64,000 nucleotides of DNA from Eledone cirrhosa (lineage: Eukaryota), in NCBI GenBank assembly GCA_964016885.1, contig OZ024757.1, positions 24,676,001-24,740,000 of the forward strand. Direction: 5' to 3'. The notes under the pieces were generated by a model that saw only the letters and a program-made list of their open reading frames with translations, ran no database searches and was not told the origin of the DNA. Positions within the stretch are counted from its first letter, which is position 1; each line of letters begins with the position of its first letter. Of this stretch, positions 56,501 through 64,000 are shown in pieces. Both the position numbers and the translations under genes were made by a program.

Positions 56501-59500
56501 CCACCACCACCACCACCAGAACCAATACCATCTCCACCATCACCAGAACCAATACCATCTCCACCACCACCACCACCAATACCATCTCCACCACCACCAT
56601 CACCAGAACCAATACCATCTCCACCACCACCACCACCAGAACCAATACCATCTCCACCACCACCATCACCAGAACCAATACCATCTCCACCACCACCACC
56701 AGAACCAATACCATCTCCACCACCACCATCACCAGAACCAATACCATCTCCACCACCACCACCAGAACCAATACCATCTCCACCATCACCAGAACCAATA
56801 CCATCTCCACCACCACCAGAACCAATACCATCTCCACCACCACCACCAAAACCAATACCATCTCCACCACCACCACCACCATCTCCACCACCACCTCCAC
56901 TACCACCACCACCACCAGAACCAATACCATCTCCACCACCACCAGAACCAATACCATCTCCACCACCACCAGAACCAATACCATCTCCACCACCAGAACC
57001 AATACCATCTCCACCACCACCACCACCAAAACCAATACCATCTCCACCACCACCACCACCACCTCCACTACCACCACCACCACCAAAACCAATACCATCT
57101 CCACCATCTCCACCACCACCTCCACTACCACCAGAACCAATACCATCTCCACCACCACCAGAACCAATACCATCTCCACCACCACCAGAACCAATACCAT
57201 CTCCACCACCACCAGAACCAATACCATCTCCACCATCACCAGAACCAATACCATCTCCACCACCACCACCACCAGAACCAATACCATCTCCACCACCACC
57301 ACCACCACCACCAGAACCAATACCATCTTCACCACCACCACCACCTCCACCACCACCACCACCACCAGAACCAATACCATCTCCACCACCACCACCACCA
57401 CCACCTCCACCACCACCACCACCACCAGAACCAATACCATCTCCACCACCACCACCACCACCACCACCTCCACCACCACCACCACCACCAGAACCAATAC
57501 CATCTCCACCACCACCACCACCACCACCTCCACCACCACCACCACCACCAGAACCAATACCATCTCCACCATCACCAGAACCAATACCATGTCCACCACC
57601 ACCAGAACCAATACCATCTCCACCACCACCACCAAAACCAATACCATCTCCACCACCACCACCACCATCTCCACCACCACCTCCACTACCACCACCACCA
57701 CCAGAACCAATACCATCTCCACCACCACCAGAACCAATACCATCTCCACCACCAGAACCAATACCATCTCCACCACCACCACCACCACCACCTCCACCAT
57801 CTCCACCACCACCAGAACCAATACCATCTCCACCACCACCACCAGAACCAGTACCATCTCCACCACCACCAGAACCAATACCATCTCCACCATCACCAGA
57901 ACCAATACCATGTCCACCACCACCAGAACCAATACCATCTCCACCACCACCACCAAAACCAATACCATCTCCACCACCACCACCACCATCTCCACCACCA
58001 CCTCCACTACCACCACCACCACCAAAACCAATACCATCTCCACCATCTCCACCACCACCTCCACTACCACCAGAACCAATACCATCTCCACCACCACCAG
58101 AACCAATACCATCTCCACCACCACCAGAACCAATACCATCTCCACCACCACCACCACCAGAACCAATACCATCTCCACCACCACCAGAACCAATACCATC
58201 TCCACCATCACCAGAACCAATACCACCACCACCACCAGAACCAATACCATCTCCACCACCACCAGAACCAATACCATCTCCACCACCACCAGAACCAATA
58301 CCATCTCCACCATCACCAGAACCAATACCATCTCCACCACCACCACCACCAGAACCAATACCATCTCCACCACCACCACCACCACCACCAGAACCAATAC
58401 CATCTCCACCACCACCACCACCAGAACCAATACCATCTCCACCACCACCACCACCACCACCTCCACCACCACCACCACCACCAGAACCAATACCATCTCC
58501 ACCATCACCACCACCAGAACCAATACCATCTCCACCACCACCACCACCACCACCTCCACCACCACCACCACAACCAATACCATCTCCACCACCACCAGAA
58601 CCAATACCATCTCCACCACCACCAGAACCAATACCATCTCCACCATCACCAGAACCAATACCATCTCCACCACCACCACCACCAGAACCAATACCATCTC
58701 CACCACCACCACCACCAGAACCAATACCATCTCCACCACCACCACCACCAGAACCAATACCATCTCCACCACCACCACCAGAACCAATACCATCTCCACC
58801 ACCACCAGAACCAATACCATCTCCACCACCACCACCACCACCACCAGAACCAATACCATCTCCACCACCACCAGAACCAATACCATCTCCACCACCACCA
58901 CCACCAATACCATCACCACCACCACCAGAACCAATACCATCTCCACCACCACCAGAACCAATACCATCTCCACCACCACCACCACCAGAACCAATACCAT
59001 CTCCACCACCACCAGAACCAATACCATCTCCACCACCACCACCACCACCAGAACCAATACCATCTCCACCACCACCAGAACCAATACCATCTCCACCACC
59101 ACCACCACCACCAGAACCAATACCATCTCCACCATCACCAGAACCAATACCATCTCCACCACCACCACCACCACCACCAGAACCAATACCATCTCCACCA
59201 CCACCACCACCAGAACCAATACCATCTCCACCACCACCACCACCAGAACCAATACCATCTCCACCACCACCAGAACCAATACCATCTCCACCACCACCAG
59301 AACCAATACCATCTCCACCACCACCAGAACCAATACCATCTCCACCACCACCAGAACCAATACCATCTCCACCACCACCAGAACCAATACCATCTCCACC
59401 ACCACCACCACCACCAGAACCAATACCATCTCCACCACCACCAGAACCAATACCATCTCCACCATCACCAGAACCAATACCATCTCCACCATCACCAGAA

Positions 59501-59966
59501 CCAATACCATCTCCACCACCACCAATACCATCTCCACCACCACCACCACCACCACCACCAGAACCAATACCATCTCCACCACCACCACCACCACCAGAAC
59601 CAATACCATCTCCACCACCACCAGAACCAATACCATCTCCACCACCACCAGAACCAATACCATCTCCACCACCACCACCACCAGCACCAATACCATCTCC
59701 ACCATCACCACCACCAGAACCAATACCATCTCCACCACCACCAGCACCAATACCATCTCCACCACCACCAGCACCAATACCATCTCCACCACCACCACCA
59801 CCAGCACCAATACCATCTCCACCACCACCACCACCAGAACCAATACCATCTCCATCACCACCATCACCAGAACCAATACCATCTCCACCACCACCACCAC
59901 CAGCACCAATACCATCTCCACCAGCACCAATACCATCTCCATCACCACTAACACCACAACCACCAC
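53563..59966. repeat. 6.4-kb ACC-based minisatellite, core unit accagaaccaataccatctcc(acc)n, typically 27 bp
   Basis: Direct reading; length variants are multiples of 3. Confidence 0.97.
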
Positions 59967-60159
59967 GTCTTTAGAAACAATTTCCAAACATGATTAGTTG
60001 ATTTTTTTTTTCAAACATCATTATTGATCAGATCAGATCAATAATGATCAATAAAACTTACCTGATCCTGATGATGATGATGATGGTGGTGGTAATAGTG
60101 GTCGTGATGGTGGCAGTGGTGGTAATTGGGATGGTGATGGTAGTAGTTGTCGTTGGTGG

Positions 60160-60430
60160 TGGTTCGAACCTCAGACCGGGCAGTGTATTGAGCAAGACAC
60201 TTTATTTCACGTTTCTCCAGTTTACTCAGCTGTACAGATGAGTTGCTATGTTACTTGTGCCAAGCTGTATCGGTCATCACCTTTCCCTTGGACAACATTG
60301 GTGGCTTGGAGAGGGGAGATCGGTATGTATGGGTGACTGCTGGTCTTCCACAAACAATCTTGCCCAAACTTGTGCTTTACAAGGGAAACTTTTGAGGTGC
60401 AAAACCATGGTCATTCATAACTGAAGGATG
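60160..60430 (+). mobile_element. CORE-type SINE, 5'-truncated, different 3' part
   Basis: B-box ggttcgaacc followed by ttgagcaagacactttatttcacgtttctccagtttactcagctgt. Confidence 0.65.
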
Positions 60431-60454
60431 ACTACAATATATATTTATATATAA

Positions 60455-60700
60455 TCATCATAATCACCATCGTTTAATGTCCATCTTCCACGCTAGCATG
60501 GGTTAGACGGTTTTGTTCCATTTGATGCAGGATTGGTCGGGAGATCGTGTCTCGCTCGTATGGAAGTATCTCTGGCAGATTTTCTATGGTTGGATGCCCT
60601 TCCCAACACCAGCCACATTTACAGTGTGGACTGGGAGCCTTTTTACCGTGCTTCCTACACAACCACTTTGCAGTCTGGACTGGGTGCTTTTTGTTCTGTC
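60455..60700 (-). mobile_element. RTE-tail-related fragment
   Basis: cgtttaatgtccatcttccacgctagcatggg...ggatgcccttccc... Confidence 0.75.
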
Positions 60701-60909
60701 ACTGACACAGTGGACGGAAATGTTACCAAACACTTATTTACAATTGTTTCATCCTTGTGGGACTCATCGGAATCAATAGTTATATATATAAATACCTCAA
60801 CAAGTTCATCTTTTCAAGTTCACAAAAAATTTGTCGAATTTTGTTTACATTTTACAAAATTGAATATATATATATATATTGTTGTTGTATAGTTGATTAC
60901 TATCCATCC

Positions 60910-61004
60910 ATTATTAAAAGTCTATTAAAACAAAGTACCAGTAATGTACTGGGTAATTGCTGGCCTTGTGCCTAAAGTAGAAACAATTATTAAAAGTCTA
61001 TTAA
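60910..61004 (+). mobile_element. 5'-truncated SINE B with 19-bp target-site duplication
   Basis: attattaaaagtctattaa at 60910-60928 and 60986-61004; empty paralogous site at ~53372-53390. Confidence 0.8.
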
Positions 61005-61871
61005 GTGTCTATTGTAAAAAATAATGTATAATTTGACACAGACAGATAACTGTGGCATTAATAATTAGAACACTGCTGCCATATTTTTATATTGTTTCTT
61101 TTATGGGGGATGGGGGGGGAGGGGCTTGGCATCACTGGGTGTTTCCCCTGTGATGACTGAATTTTGGTTTCCATATCATATACATTAGACACACATCTCG
61201 CGTAAATGATATGGTCTCCTCTCCTGCTGGCTGTCAGACACCAGCTCTTTCACCACACTCCACTTATGTGCATGAATATTTGTAGCTCCACTCTGCTCAC
61301 TTTTCTCTCCCTAATGTCATTACCAGGTATAAGCTATAGCTTAGGGCCACACATCTTCAGTCGCATATTTTTCAAAATATATCTTTATTTTATCATTAGT
61401 TCTTATTCTTTAACATCTATTCTTCCATGGGCTAAACGGGTGATCCAGTCATGAGACAATTCAAGTGTAGATACTATGTCATGTTTAGAGGGATGTCTAG
61501 TTTGACTTGGTTTCCATAGATGGATGCCCTTCCCAATGCTAACCATATTACAGTGTAGACTGGCTGCTTTTTATCGTGGCTTCAACTACCACCTAACAGG
61601 GTTGACTATACACACACATATATATATGCCCACACAAACCTGGTCGCCCCCCCCCCCCCCCCCCCTATATCAAACAAGAAAGGAAACTTTTTCCAAATTT
61701 AAAGGTTTTTTTAAATAATATTTCATTGTTTTATAGGTTTACCGTCTGAGGAGCTCAGGCTGTACATTACGGATTTTAATAAACCAAAACCAAATGAATA
61801 TGGCCTCAGATTTTTATATACTCACACACATATATATATATATACATACATATAAATAAATGTATATATTA

Positions 61872-62762
61872 AGGGTACGGACGATATTTGTTCGCAATTT
61901 TCAACTGCTAATTTTATGCAAATTTTTTTTACTTCCGTTGTCACTCTTGTCTTCATAAAAACAGTGACTATATTTCCATTATTTATTTTCAGAATAATTG
62001 ATTATGAATAATTTTGAACCTCCAAATTTGTGGAAGGGACACAGAGTTCTTCTTGGAATCCGTGCCGGGAGGAGAAATAAGGCCAGAAGATCAACTCCCA
62101 GAACAACAGGTGGCTTGCTGTCTCATCCAAAGACGTGCCCAGAGTCATGCAAACAAAGTTTCCAGCGACAACATTGGTCTTAGGTGTCGTCAGCAGTCAA
62201 GGTGACGTCAAGCCACCTCACTTCTTCCCTGAGGGCTTCAAGCTGAACACCGATGGCTACATCCGCATTCTGAGCGAGGTAGTAAAGCCCTGGATTGACC
62301 AGGTAGCTGCAGGTAGGCCGTACCTGTGGCAGCAAGACTCAGCGCCCTGCCATACCAGCCGAAAGACCCAAGCCTGGCTGTCAGAGAACTTCTTCGACCA
62401 CACTTCACCTGACATCTGACCTCCCAGCTCGCCTGACTGCAACCCCCTCGACTTCTTTGTGTGGGGCGTAGTGGAACGAGACACCAACAGATCTAGCTGC
62501 AATACGAAAGACGATCTGAAGGCCAGGATCACAAGTGCCTTTAGGGGCCTAAGTTGGGGGACAGTGACGAAGGCCTGTAGTCGGTTCCGAGGCCGCCTTG
62601 AGGCCGTCATCAAAGCCAATGGTGGGTTTATCGAGTGAGATCGAAAGAACAAGTCATGAAGACAAACTGACCCAAGTTTGATAAATATATCTTAAAAAAT
62701 AAAACTACTGTGTTATTTTTTCCTAGACAGTAATCTTGCGAACAGATATCGTCTGCACCCTG
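61872..62762 (+). mobile_element. Tc1/mariner maT-family (DD37D) transposon, internally deleted, transposase pseudogene
   Basis: Imperfect TIRs agggtacggacgatatttgttcgcaa / ttgcgaacagatatcgtctgcaccctg with TA flanks. WQQDSAPCH...(W>stop)PPSSPDCNPLD has 37 residues between the second and third catalytic D; C-terminus RLEAVIKANGGFIE*. Confidence 0.9.
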
Positions 62763-63399
62763 TATATGTATACACACACACACACATATATATCTATATC
62801 TATATATATATACACACACACATATACATATATATACACACATAAATATGACAGTGTTGTAGTTTGCTTGAAGCATTGTTGAATAGGAAACACAAATTTA
62901 AATAATTTTGAAAACCATACAATGCACTAGAAAGAAAATTAAAATTGCTAAGGTAACAAAAGAATCTTACCTTAGCAAATTTAATAATCCCAAATATTTT
63001 CAGGTTTAAAACCTATTATCAAGGGAGTATTCCTATGACAGACTTAAAGGATCAATCGGAGTTGACTCAGATTTAAGTTAAATGAAATGAAAGAAAATTA
63101 ATCTGGCAGCCAGTCCTTGCTCGTTTCTCCAATAATCTAAAAAGTCCCTTTATGGTTGCAAACTGGTCTTGGCTCAGTTGTAAAGATAACAGTGTTGTAG
63201 TTTGCTTGAAGCATTGTTGAATAGGAAACACACATTTAAATAATTTTGAAAACCATACAATGCACCATGTTTATTTTTACAACAATATCAGTGTAGTTGT
63301 ATTGGACTTTGTGGTGTTGATCTGAAGGTTCCAAAATAACTCTACTCCCTTACCTGATAGGCTAGAACCAAGAGAACGTTGGTACCACTGACATAATAA

Positions 63400-64000
63400 T
63401 AATTGTTTCTACTTTAGGCACAAGGCCAGCAATTACCCAGTGCATTACTGGTACTTTATTTTATCGACCCCGTAAGGATGAAAGGCAAAGTCAACCTCGG
63501 CGGGATTTGAACTCAGATCGTAAAGGGACGTAACTATGCTGGAAGGCATGGCGTCCGACCCTCTACCGATACTGCCAATCCACCGCCATCCACTGACATA
63601 ATAATAATAGATTCTGATTTAGGCACAAAGCCAACAATTTTGGGAGCAGAAGGGAAAGTTGATTAAATCGAACCCCAATACACTTCTGGTAGTTTATTTT
63701 ATTGACCCCGTAAGGATGAAAGGTAAAGCTAACCTCGGTGGGATTTGAACACAGAACATAAAGGGCCGTAACTATGCTGCAATCATGGTGTCCAATGCTC
63801 TACCGATACTGCCAATTCACCAACCTATCACACTCCATAATAATTGTTTCTACTTTTGGCACAAAGCCAGCAATTATCCCAGTGCATTACTGGTACCTTA
63901 TTTTATCGACCTGCGTAGGATGAAAAGCAAAGTTAACCTCGGGATTTGAACTCAGAATGGCAAGGGCCGTAACTCAATGCGTCAAAGCCCTCTACTGATA
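63400..64000 (-). mobile_element. Three tandem SINE family B copies
   Basis: Copies at ~63400-63590, ~63608-63825 and ~63840-64000. Confidence 0.85.

Noticed and set aside
53574-59987. 2137-aa Val-rich ORF
   Set aside because: Implausible composition, non-ATG start and no unique domain; a by-product of a triplet-based repeat.
62995-63077. Possible plus-strand terminal exon (ttttcag|G FKTYYQGSIPMTDLKDQSELTQI*) between ~77-bp direct repeats
   Set aside because: Short, no upstream partner exon identified and no recognisable homology.

Overview
AT-rich, repeat-dense eukaryotic DNA, most likely from an octopus or other coleoid cephalopod (inferred from the repeat repertoire). Nearly all ORFs in the supplied track are (TA)n/(TACA)n microsatellite artefacts. 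Content I can support: (1) a spliced minus-strand gene the ORF track misses (about 36512 to 13896, five putative exons, all phase-1 introns). It encodes a roughly 274-aa protein with a signal peptide, Ser/Thr/His-rich stalk, one CBM14/peritrophin-A-like chitin-binding domain, a (HVTGSSK)n repeat and a GPI-signal-like tail. Its upstream region is duplicated at the window start, suggesting a tandem paralog just outside the window. (2) An intact single-ORF RTE-clade LINE (43220-47046) with a PHD finger after the RT core, fused at its 5' end to five near-identical 478-bp tandem monomers. (3) Truncated RTE, CR1, L1/Tx1 and Penelope-like fragments, two tRNA-derived SINE families, a DD37D (maT) transposon relic, a Tigger-like MITE and a Helitron/HINE-like element. 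(4) Several fold-back elements and hammerhead-ribozyme motifs, one with a complete core. (5) A 61-bp intronic minisatellite and a 6.4-kb ACC-based minisatellite. Everything was read by eye; no database searches were run.
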